Assembly: GCA_039090665.1 (NCBI GenBank)
Contig: JAWCSL010000008.1
Coordinates: 1 to 38,004, forward strand
Origin: Candidatus Aenigmatarchaeota archaeon
Lineage (GTDB): Archaea; Aenigmatarchaeota; Aenigmatarchaeia; CG10238-14; SCSR01
Direction: 5' to 3'
DNA length: 38,004 nt
Below, piece by piece: positions 27,416 to 36,062 of the stretch. Positions within the stretch are counted from its first letter, which is position 1. The number at the start of each line of letters is the position of its first letter. The notes beneath the pieces were generated by a model. It ran no database searches. It was not told where the DNA came from and saw only the letters and a program-made list of their open reading frames with translations. Made by a program: the position numbers and the translations under genes.

Positions 27416-28284
27416 ATTTTAACCTCAATTCCAGACAAGAATACTAAAAAGCCAATGTTTATAATCGGAACAAGAATGTATATGCTGATTTTCATCAAAT
27501 CGAATATCCCAAACCCACCTAGAGTTGGTTGTATCATGTTCATGACTGCAAACAAAGAAATGATGAAAAGGGGGGCAGCAATCAATATTCCTGTGTAGAA
27601 TTCTGCAACTGTTGTCAATTGTTGAAGAAATTTTTCCCTTTTTATTCTCCATTCAAATAATGCTTGTTCTCCCATACTCTTCAAGAAAGTCTTTATGTTA
27701 CCACCAGCTTCTATTGTTGTTATGAAACCAAGGAGGACTTGTTTGAATTGATCACTTGGAGTCTTGTTAGCCACTTCTTTTACTGCAGTTAAAGGATCAA
27801 CTCCAAATTCATCTATATTCTTCACTATTTTTTCCATTTCTCTTGAGATTTCACCATATTCTTTAAATCTGCTGATGAGCTTGAAAACAACATAAGGAGG
27901 AATTCCAGATTCTGCTATGGCTCCCATGTGAGTCAAAGCAAATGGTAAATTCGCTTCTATATCTTTTTTCCTTCTTTCAGCACGCTGGGAAGGATAAAAT
28001 GTAAGAACAATAAAAATCACGATAGCTACAAAAAATGATGTGAAAAAAGAGTAAAAAATTTTCAAGAGAAAATGAGTTTGAACTATTGTGAAAGCCAAAA
28101 AAGAGATAAAGAGAGCTGAAATGAAAGTTATTAAAGAAATCAAAACTACTATACTAACATAAGTTCTATACCCAATTTTCATATCAGCTTTTGGCAAATT
28201 TTCTTTTACAATAGAAAAAAATTCTGGATATTTGTCAGCAATCCAACCAAATTTTGATGTTGCAAACCCTTTAATTGCTATCAT
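27412..28284 (-). CDS. Type II secretion system F / TadB/C-like pilus platform protein
   Basis: LPFALTHM.AIAESG, YGEIS.E, G.DPLTA, TPS, GGNIK.FL. Confidence 0.9.
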   Translation of the reverse strand: MIAIKGFATSKFGWIADKYPEFFSIVKENLPKADMKIGYRTYVSIVVLISLITFISALFISFLAFTIVQTHFLLKIFYSFFTSFFVAIVIFIVLTFYPSQRAERRKKDIEANLPFALTHMGAIAESGIPPYVVFKLISRFKEYGEISREMEKIVKNIDEFGVDPLTAVKEVANKTPSDQFKQVLLGFITTIEAGGNIKTFLKSMGEQALFEWRIKREKFLQQLTTVAEFYTGILIAAPLFIISLFAVMNMIQPTLGGFGIFDLMKISIYILVPIINIGFLVFLSGIEVKI

Positions 28285-30070
28285 CTTTTTCCCTCAAAAT
28301 TTTAAATCCAAGGATTTGTAACAAGGGTATTTTTTTTCTTTTTTCGGGTTTTTCCCTTTCTTCAAGTTTAATCAAAAAGGCTTCTTTCTCTAGCTTAGGC
28401 ATAGTTATTTCTTTTCCTTCAATTTTTTCGAATTCTTCTCCAGCAATTTCAAAAAATTTTTTCCTATCTTTACGGTAAAGGTTAAGCATCTTCACAACTT
28501 CTGTATATTCTTTAATTCCTTTCGCTTTCATCCATTCCAAAACCTTTTCTCTTATCTTTATTTCTTTCCAAGCATCTTCTACTTTTCCACCTCTTGCAAG
28601 AGTTACTTTCGCTACTTTTATACTATCAGCAATTTTTTCATATTCATCAGTTTCTGGATTCCATCTGAAGATCACTCTGTACTTTACTTCATTTGTTTTT
28701 GGGTCTACAGATTCTATTTCTACAACTTCTTTCACTCTTCTTGCAGATTTTCCTTTTTCTCTTGCATGAATCATCACAACCACAACATCCAAACCCTCTA
28801 TCAAAGTTGGAGAAAGTTCAATTGGTGGTGTGGTCAACCTTTTTATTAAAGTTTCAACTGAGCCTGCATGCATTGTGCTTAAGCTTGGATGACCAGAGCT
28901 TATACCTTGAAACATAACATAAGCCTCTTCACCTCTTGTCTCACCAACAATCACATAGTCAGGATTTTGTCTGAAACTTTCTTTTAACAAATCGAAAAGA
29001 CTAACACCACCATACTTTTCCCCAGAAGGCATAGGAATACCAAAGCCTGGTCTTGCAAGAGTAGGAACCCAGTGTTCATTTGGAATTCTCAATTCTCTAG
29101 TGTCTTCTATGCTTATTATTTTGGCTTCTGGTGGAATGAACATACATAAGGTATTTAAGAAACTGGTTTTACCAGTGGCAACTCCACCGATTATGAGCAT
29201 CGAAATGCCATGCTCCATTAAATACCAAAAATAAGCTAAAAGAGAAGAAGAAGCAGTTTTCATTTCCATTTGTTCAATTGGGGAAAAAGGTCTTTCACCA
29301 AATTTTCTTATAGTTATCACAGGACCACGAGTAGCAACATCTGGTGCCAAAGTTGCTGCTACTCTGCTACCATCCGGTAAAGTCCCATCCAATATAGGTT
29401 CAGCATAGCTCACATACCTTCCACATCTTTCAGCAAGTTTTACCACAAGTTCTCTAAGTTCTTCCATATCTTCAAAAACAACATTGGTCTTCAATGAGCC
29501 ATATTTTCTATGAACTACATAAAAAGGAATTTTAACACCATCACAACTTATATCCTCTATGTTTGGATCTTGCATGAATGGTTCTATTTCATTCAAACCA
29601 ACAAAATTTCTGTAAATGTAATACATGATTTTAACATATTGTTCTTGAGTTAGTTTCAATCCTAATTCCTTTATAACCTTTATCACATTCTTTTCCAAGT
29701 ATTCTATAACCTTTGATGGTTCTTTGATGCTTGAAAGTTCCACATCTACAAGCTCTATAAGCCCTTCAGAAATTTTTTTGAGAATTTTTTTGTCTTCTTC
29801 ACTCATCTTTGGTTCAAGTACATTGTAGATAAGCTCTTTTGTCTCAGGATTCCATTTGATTTGTGCATAAGCAAAAGGTTCAAGTAAAGGATAAATTACA
29901 TTAACTTTTGTTATATCTGTAATATCTGGGAACTCCACTATCCTTTTTGGTTTCATAACAGCAAATCCAGGTAAGATTTCTTCCCCGAATGTTTTTTGGG
30001 CTTTCTCTTTTCCAGCTTTCTTAATTTTCCTGTAAAGGATACCTCTCAAACTCAATATTTTTTTTATCAT
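28271..30070 (-). CDS. Type II/IV secretion (VirB11/CpaF/FlaI-like) pilus assembly ATPase
   Basis: DPNIEDISCDG, LPDGSRV, TIRKF, Walker A GGVATGKTS, SIEDTRE, RQNPDYVIVGETRG, SGH..STMHA. Confidence 0.95.
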   Translation of the reverse strand: MIKKILSLRGILYRKIKKAGKEKAQKTFGEEILPGFAVMKPKRIVEFPDITDITKVNVIYPLLEPFAYAQIKWNPETKELIYNVLEPKMSEEDKKILKKISEGLIELVDVELSSIKEPSKVIEYLEKNVIKVIKELGLKLTQEQYVKIMYYIYRNFVGLNEIEPFMQDPNIEDISCDGVKIPFYVVHRKYGSLKTNVVFEDMEELRELVVKLAERCGRYVSYAEPILDGTLPDGSRVAATLAPDVATRGPVITIRKFGERPFSPIEQMEMKTASSSLLAYFWYLMEHGISMLIIGGVATGKTSFLNTLCMFIPPEAKIISIEDTRELRIPNEHWVPTLARPGFGIPMPSGEKYGGVSLFDLLKESFRQNPDYVIVGETRGEEAYVMFQGISSGHPSLSTMHAGSVETLIKRLTTPPIELSPTLIEGLDVVVVMIHAREKGKSARRVKEVVEIESVDPKTNEVKYRVIFRWNPETDEYEKIADSIKVAKVTLARGGKVEDAWKEIKIREKVLEWMKAKGIKEYTEVVKMLNLYRKDRKKFFEIAGEEFEKIEGKEITMPKLEKEAFLIKLEEREKPEKRKKIPLLQILGFKILREKDDSN

Positions 30071-30073
30071 AAA

Positions 30074-30355
30074 TTATCTCAAGTGTTTTTTCCTCACACT
30101 TTTTCCAGGCTTGACCACACCGTGAAATCTTGCACAAGCCGGGCAAATTCTTATGGTTCTTGTCATGGTGTGGATGAACCTCTTGTCAACTTGCTGAAGG
30201 ATTGTTGGATCTGTTATTCTAAAACCTTTCTTTACTACAAATGTTTTGTAGCGTGGCACTTGTCTACCACAAATCCCACAGACTATTGTTGTCTCTTTTC
30301 CTCTAGATTTAGTGTGAGCATATTTTCTCCTGTAAGGTACAGTACTGATTGGCAT
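30074..30355 (-). CDS. rps26e: Ribosomal protein eS26 (S26e)
   Basis: SRG....IVCGICGRQVPR.K......DP.......ICPACARFHGVVK; matches the archaeal eS26 Zn-binding layout. Confidence 0.75.
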   Translation of the reverse strand: MPISTVPYRRKYAHTKSRGKETTIVCGICGRQVPRYKTFVVKKGFRITDPTILQQVDKRFIHTMTRTIRICPACARFHGVVKPGKSVRKKHLR

Positions 30356-30754
30356 GATTTCACCTAAATAGAATTATACTTTTGTAATTATTATGTTTTT
30401 TAGGTTAGATGCCCTCTAACTATATTTTCATAAATCCATTCAGAAAGTTCGGGGATTTCCATTTTTAAAATCTCTTTTGTAGAAAGTCTTTTTGTCTGAC
30501 CACTCAAATAAAATGCTGATAAAACTTTACCTTTTATCCTTCTTTTACTTTAAGGTGGCACATATCTTATTTTGGAATATTTTTCATTACTTTTTTTATT
30601 TTTTAGTAATTCGTTAATTTCAGAAACCCTTTTTTATTAAAAAGTGTTTTAATGAGTTCCAATTTTCACCGTATATTTCTTTTATCTTCATGCAATTTCT
30701 TCCTGTTATAAAAATTAAAAAAACTTTTCTATAGGTTTTATCAACTATTAAATT

Positions 30755-31054
30755 ATGCTCAAATACCCTGAAGAAGTACTCACAAAAGATAAAAAAGGAA
30801 ATTTGGAAGTTAGAAATTTAATTTCACGTGGCAAGTTTGTTCTATACGATTACAGGGATGTGAAAACTTTCAAGCAAGTTGAAAGTGGGAAGAAAAAACT
30901 ATACTTGAAAGATGAAAGCGGGGAGATAAAAGAATATTATATAATTCCAATGAAAGATGGAAGATCCCTTTTAATCGAGCCAAAAGAAAAGGAAGAAAAA
31001 GAAAGGAAAGTGTGGAATGATAAAACTAAAAAAGCAGAGGAATTGTGGGAATAA
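30755..31054 (+). CDS. Hypothetical protein
   Basis: 99-aa Lys/Glu-rich ORF with codon usage like neighbouring genes; no motif recognised. Confidence 0.6.
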   Translation: MLKYPEEVLTKDKKGNLEVRNLISRGKFVLYDYRDVKTFKQVESGKKKLYLKDESGEIKEYYIIPMKDGRSLLIEPKEKEEKERKVWNDKTKKAEELWE

Positions 31055-31100
31055 ATATATTTAAGTCTAACTAAAATTATAACATTAAGATTAGAGTTTG

Positions 31101-31158
31101 GCACGTGCTCACTTCAAAAACTGAAGAAATGGGCACGTGCAGTTAATTCTGCACGTGT
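31101..31158 (+). promoter_or_regulatory. Triple GCACGTG element upstream of rtcB, able to form two alternative hairpins
   Basis: gcacgtg at 31101, 31133 and 31151; stems 31101-31111/31130-31140 and 31134-31142/31149-31157. Confidence 0.5.
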
Positions 31159-31189
31159 TTATTAAAAGATAAAATAAAAATTATAAGAG

Positions 31190-32647
31190 GTGATTAGAAT
31201 AGGATTGAAAGAAAAATTGAGAAAGATTGGGCCTTGTATATGGGAACTGCCAAAAGAAGCCAAACCAGGGATGAAAGTACCGGCATGGCTTTTCTTGTCA
31301 GAAAAACTTTTGAAAGAAGTGGAAGAAGGAGCGATTGAACAAGCAGCTAATGTTACTTTTCTACCAGGAATTTACAAACATAGCATAGCATTACCTGATA
31401 TGCATTTTGGATATGGTTTTCCGATAGGTGGAGTTGCTGCTCTAGATTATGAGGAAGGTGGTTTAAGCCCAGGGGGAATTGGCTTCGACATCAATTGTGG
31501 GGTTCGCTTGCTCAGAACAAACTTAACAGTGGAGCAAATAAGACCAAAGCTTAAAGAATTGCTAGAATCAATTTTCCATAATGTTCCATCAGGAGTAGGT
31601 GAAGTGGGAAAAATTAAGCTAAGCTTTTCTGAGCTTGATGAAGTTTTGGTTAAAGGAGCAAGATGGGCTGTTGAAAATGGTTACGGAACAGAAAAGGATT
31701 TGGAACATTTGGAAGAGCAAGGTTGTATGAAAGGCGCAAACCCAGAAAAAGTTTCTAACGAAGCTAAAAAAAGAGGTGCTCCCCAGCTCGGAACTTTAGG
31801 AGCAGGAAATCACTTCCTTGAAATTCAAGTCGTGAATAAAATTTTCTTGCCAGAAGTTGCAAAAGTTTTTGGGATTGAAAGAGAAGGACAAGTTTGTGTG
31901 ATGATACACACAGGAAGTCGTGGATTTGGTCATCAAGTTTGTACAGATTACTTAAGAATTTTGGAATCAAAATTTAGAGATGAATTAAGAAAGCTTCCTG
32001 ATCGTGAGCTGGTTTATGCTCCTGCTGGGACTCAAGAATGTGAGGATTACTTTTCAGCTATGGCTTGTGCTATGAATTATGCATGGTGCAACAGAAGCAT
32101 GATCACGCATTGGGTAAGAGAAAGTTTTGTTAAGGTTTTGGGTACGAAATTGGAGGATATTGGTTTGGAAGTGATTTACGATGTTACCCACAATACAGCA
32201 AAGATAGAGGAGTATGAAATAGAAGGAGAAAAAAAGAAGGTTTATGTACATAGAAAAGGCAGTACACGTTGTTTTCCACCAGGACATTCAGATCTCCCAA
32301 CAGACTATAGGAAAGTAGGACAGCCTGTGTTGGTAGCCGCTTCAATGTCTACTCCAAGCTTCGTGTTAGTGGGAACAGAAAAAGCAATAGAAACTTTTTA
32401 TTCTACAGTGCATGGGTCTGGAAGAGTGGAATCACGGTCAAGAGCATTAAAGCAGATAAGGGGAGAAGAAGTTTTAAAGCAACTTATGCAAAAAGGCATT
32501 TTGGCTAAAGCGGCTAGCTTGAGGGTCTTAGCTGAAGAAAGGCCAGAGGCATACAAACTTTCGGTGGAAGTTGTTAGAGCAATAGAGGAGTCCGGTATAA
32601 GTAGACGTGTCACAGAATTATATCCTCTAGCCGTGATGAAGGGGTGA
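31190..32647 (+). CDS. rtcB: RNA-splicing ligase RtcB
   Basis: LPDMHFGYGFPIGGV, DINCGVRL, GAGNHFLE, IHTGSRG, HN, VHRKG, HGSGR; no intein. Confidence 0.97.
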   Translation: MIRIGLKEKLRKIGPCIWELPKEAKPGMKVPAWLFLSEKLLKEVEEGAIEQAANVTFLPGIYKHSIALPDMHFGYGFPIGGVAALDYEEGGLSPGGIGFDINCGVRLLRTNLTVEQIRPKLKELLESIFHNVPSGVGEVGKIKLSFSELDEVLVKGARWAVENGYGTEKDLEHLEEQGCMKGANPEKVSNEAKKRGAPQLGTLGAGNHFLEIQVVNKIFLPEVAKVFGIEREGQVCVMIHTGSRGFGHQVCTDYLRILESKFRDELRKLPDRELVYAPAGTQECEDYFSAMACAMNYAWCNRSMITHWVRESFVKVLGTKLEDIGLEVIYDVTHNTAKIEEYEIEGEKKKVYVHRKGSTRCFPPGHSDLPTDYRKVGQPVLVAASMSTPSFVLVGTEKAIETFYSTVHGSGRVESRSRALKQIRGEEVLKQLMQKGILAKAASLRVLAEERPEAYKLSVEVVRAIEESGISRRVTELYPLAVMKG

Positions 32648-33901
32648 TGATTTAAGTGCGTTCTCATAAAAATTAATAAAATCTTTTCCTTTCTTGCTTA
32701 TTATGTATTTCCCTCCTATCTTCTTTATAAATTCTCTTTTCCTATTATGTAGGAGATAAGAAAGGGCCGTAAAATAATTTAAATTATTTGTTATAGCAAA
32801 TTCTTTCACACTTTTTGGTCTTGTTAAACTGGATAAGCGATTGTAAAGCAAGGAAAAATAGTAATTATTGATAATGTTCTTTTTAGTTAAGAACTCTATT
32901 GCTTCATTTTTTCTTGCAATTTTTTCTTTATGTTTCAATTTTAATAGCCTGAGCAAATTTAACACATCCTTATTCCGTTTTATTTCGAGTACATAGTAGC
33001 TTTTTTTACTTACAATTTTTGTATCTCCAAGGTAATGATATCTCCCTTTCCTACAGTAAGTATATATTTCTGATTTTATTCCTATCCCTTCGAGTTTTTC
33101 TTTAATTATTTCTAGGATTTTTCTGTTTGTATTACCTATTTTGAGTTCGTATCTTACATTTTTTCCCAATTTTCTTTTAACAACACTTCCTTCTGCATCA
33201 AAGAATCCTGCTAAGAAAGCTAAGAATTCTTTTTTATTAAATTTCCTGAGAATTTCATTATTCCTCTTAGCTTGAAATAGAAAATCAAAAGTTTTATCCA
33301 AGTAGGCATAAAACCTTAACTCTCCTTCTTTACGAGGCGAAACTATAACTCCGTCTGTATATTTTAAAAACAACTTTCTAAGCAAATCTATGAAACTTTT
33401 GTGCGTGGAGCTAGTATTTACTTCAATTGTAAATCTAGAATTCCATCTGAAATGTAAGTCACCTAATACGATTCCTATAGAATTGAAGGAAAAATATAAG
33501 CTTTTTCTTCTGATGTACCCTTAAAAGGAGGTTTCTTATATTTTTCTTTGCGCAGTATTAATCCTTCTCTCTTACCTCTCAGTTTAACTTTATTTTTAAG
33601 TAAAATCCACTTTATTCCTGAGGCACTTGCTTTAAACAACTTAGCAATCTGTCTCAGAGAAAGTAACTTTTTAATATAAAGCCTTATGATTTTTGCTTCA
33701 TCTAGAAAAGTACCTCTTTTCATTGCCATTACTTCTTTTTTATTTCTCAACTTGATTATTTTCTTTAAGTGAGACTCTATAGTAGTTTTTCCGATTTCTA
33801 TCCCAAATTTATCTTGAATAAGTTTAGTAGTTTTTTCTAATCGAGTTTCCTTCTAAATACAACTTTTTTGCTTCTTCTAAAATTTCTGGTGTTATCTTCA
33901 T
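32627..33901 (-). pseudogene. Frameshifted free-standing HTH + double LAGLIDADG endonuclease-like gene
   Basis: Three fragments join into one protein: MKITPEILEEAKKLYLEGNS (ATG 33901); shift near 33831-33840; HTH LSLRQIAKLF; shift at 33479-33492 inside EKAYI/IGIVLGDL; second motif FLAFLAGFFDAEGS. Confidence 0.8.
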
Positions 33902-33964
33902 TTTTACTACCGTAATTATTATTGTAATTTAAAGTATTTAAATTTTACTGTAATAATTAAATAT

Positions 33965-34126
33965 ATGACACTTGAAGCTAAAACAACTTTAATACCACAT
34001 AAAAAAGCTAAGACTTTATATTTGACGATTCCTGCAGCTGTAGCAAATGACTCAGCATTTCCTTTTAAACCAGGAGAGGAAGTTAAAATCATCATAAAAG
34101 GAAATAAACTTGTGGTAGAGAAATAG
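33965..34126 (+). CDS. AbrB/MazE-type swapped-hairpin DNA-binding protein (53 aa, missed by ORF track)
   Basis: MTLEAKTTLIPHKKAKTLYLTIPAAVANDSAFPFKPGEEVKIIIKGNKLVVEK*. Confidence 0.75.
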   Translation: MTLEAKTTLIPHKKAKTLYLTIPAAVANDSAFPFKPGEEVKIIIKGNKLVVEK

Positions 34127-34169
34127 AATCAGAACTTACTTGGGTGGTAAATAGTAAACTGGGAACAAA

Positions 34170-34793
34170 ATGACAAAAAAATTAAAACAAGTAGAAAATA
34201 ATAAACTTATATTTTGGCTGCCATTTTTTTCTAATTTTCTAATAATAGTTGCTAACATTCTTATTTTATTTAAATATCTATTGCCGTTTTCTCCGTGGAA
34301 GTTTAATGGAATAGCTACTTTAATTTATTTGCTTTCTTTAGCAATAGTTGGATTAGCTTTACGTAAATGCAAACTTAAATTTTAAGTAATTAAAATTTTA
34401 GAGATACTTGGAATTCCCGAATGGAAAACTGACGATCCTTTTATTGATTTACCCACTGCTTTAATTTCACCTCCTTTTGCTCTTTTAATAGCACCAATAA
34501 CCGAAGAAACTCTTTTTAGAGGGATTTTAATAACTCCTTTAAAAGAAAAAGTAAAATTATGGCCCACTTGTGTACTTTCGATATTTTTCTTTGCTTTACA
34601 TCATCTATTTCCTTTCGGTGTTGGTGCTTTTATCCATATACTATTCTGGGCTCCTTTCCCAACAGTTTTATTCATATGGAAAAAAAGTATTTATCCTTCT
34701 ATTATAATGCACATAACTAACAACATTTTCGGTTATTTAATAATTCCACTAATTTTTTTAGACTTTTTAATCTTGAGTAGGCCAGCTTCGTAA
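34170..34793 (+). pseudogene. CPBP (Abi/CAAX-type) intramembrane protease interrupted by an in-frame TAA
   Basis: The frame continues past TAA 34383-34385 with APITEETLFRG, FALHH and MHITNN to the stop at 34791-34793. Confidence 0.8.
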
Positions 34794-34936
34794 GAGACTA
34801 AATTTATTGATTTAATTGCGTCAGGACTTATTACTGAAGGTTGAAGTAAAAGCAGGCAAGCCACATAGAACTTATCCTAAGGGTATGACGGTTTTGGATA
34901 AAAGTGATTTAGCAAATTTTCTGCTAAAGAATAAAG

Positions 34937-35074
34937 TTATCTGAAAGTAGCTTGAGATTTTTTTCTCAATTCCTTAGAATGGAATTCACACTCATAGCAA
35001 ACCCACTCATCCAAAATCTTCTGAAGGCTTTTGTTTCCACAGTTTGGACATTTTCTTGCTTCAGCTTTACCCAT
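34937..35074 (-). CDS. 45-aa CPxCG zinc-ribbon microprotein (missed by ORF track)
   Basis: MGKAEARKCPNCGNKSLQKILDEWVCYECEFHSKELRKKSQATFR*. Confidence 0.6.
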   Translation of the reverse strand: MGKAEARKCPNCGNKSLQKILDEWVCYECEFHSKELRKKSQATFR

Positions 35075-35116
35075 AATTTTAAATAATACCTAAAGAAAAT
35101 TAATTTGAGGTGAAAA

Positions 35117-35395
35117 ATGCTTTCTCAAATACCTTTAAAGCTTGAGAAATTGAATAAAAAGGAGCTGGATAAACAAATAGCAAGAGTTGGGATGATTGCT
35201 GAACTAGATGCGGTTAGCTTATATGAGCAGTTAGCAGCAGCAACAGAAAACCAAAAATTGAAGAAAGTTTTGCTTGATATAGCAAAAGAAGAGAAGACCC
35301 ATGTTGGTGAATTCCAAGCTTTGCTTTTAGAGATTGACAAAGAGCAGGAAGAAGAGCTGAAGAAAGGGAAAGAAGAAGTGGAAGAGTTGATCTAA
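35117..35395 (+). CDS. Small ferritin-like/rubrerythrin-like di-iron protein (encapsulated-ferritin type)
   Basis: AELDAVSLYEQ...LLDIAKEEKTHVGEF; SD-like gaggtg upstream. Confidence 0.85.
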   Translation: MLSQIPLKLEKLNKKELDKQIARVGMIAELDAVSLYEQLAAATENQKLKKVLLDIAKEEKTHVGEFQALLLEIDKEQEEELKKGKEEVEELI

Positions 35396-35811
35396 ATATC
35401 AAGAATAACTCTGGCTTTCCAAGCTTTATTCTTTTTTATCTCCATTTTGTGGTAGGTACAAGCTTTAACATGAGTTCTCGTTTCATGTTTACTTCTGTCC
35501 ATAGCCTCACCTTTACAAATTGCCTTCAGCTTTAAGTTTTTTTCATCAATTTCAACATCAAATTGAGAAAAAGCCAAATTTTCTGAATCAACAAAAACTA
35601 ACAAGCTGTTAAGCCAGTTGAACATCAAAGATTGTAAATCATCACCATTAACTTCAACTTCCCTTTTTTCTTTAGGCTCAACTTGTTTTGTGTTTACGAT
35701 AACTTCAAACATAGCTAAGGCGGAATTTGCAAAAAGCTCTTCCAGGCTTTTACCGTAAGCTTCAAAAGCTACATCGCTTGTTGTGATGTCAACAAACTTG
35801 AATTTCTTCAT
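35392..35811 (-). CDS. Archease (RtcB activator)
   Basis: KFVD.TTSDVAFEAYGKSLEELF.N.ALAM, VKACTYH.M, ILDI C-terminus; start moved to ATG 35811. Confidence 0.92.
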   Translation of the reverse strand: MKKFKFVDITTSDVAFEAYGKSLEELFANSALAMFEVIVNTKQVEPKEKREVEVNGDDLQSLMFNWLNSLLVFVDSENLAFSQFDVEIDEKNLKLKAICKGEAMDRSKHETRTHVKACTYHKMEIKKNKAWKARVILDI

Positions 35812-35869
35812 AATATTCTTTTTCTCTCCAACCAAAAAGTATTTATAAACTCCTTTTCAACTTTAAATT

Positions 35870-35969
35870 AGTTGGGGAGGTTGTTTAGGTAAAGTAGCGA
35901 TAAGCTACAAAAGTTCGAGACTCGAAAAGTCAAGAACTAAACCTAAACCTCAAGCTCAACTCTATTTTT
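35870..35969 (+). ncRNA. Candidate small structured RNA
   Basis: TTTATAAA at 35842-35849; nested stems (agttggg/ctcaact, gaggtt/aacctc, gtagc/gctac, agttc/gaact, gact/agtc); T-tract at the 3' end; no ORF. Confidence 0.35.
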
Positions 35970-36062
35970 CTCAACCGAAAAGATTAAATAGATGATTTTT
36001 GAATAATTTTCTTGTTGATGACTTTTTCTTTTTAGGGAAACATATTGAAAGGTGAAAAACAA

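Noticed and set aside
31190..32647. Possible intein or intron in rtcB as the source of the adjacent LAGLIDADG gene
   Set aside because: RtcB is continuous through DIN/CG and of normal length; the endonuclease is on the opposite strand and has no splicing motifs.
33471..33492. ctatagaattgaagg resembles the 3' end of some archaeal CRISPR repeats
   Set aside because: Single partial copy; no array, spacers or cas genes in the window.
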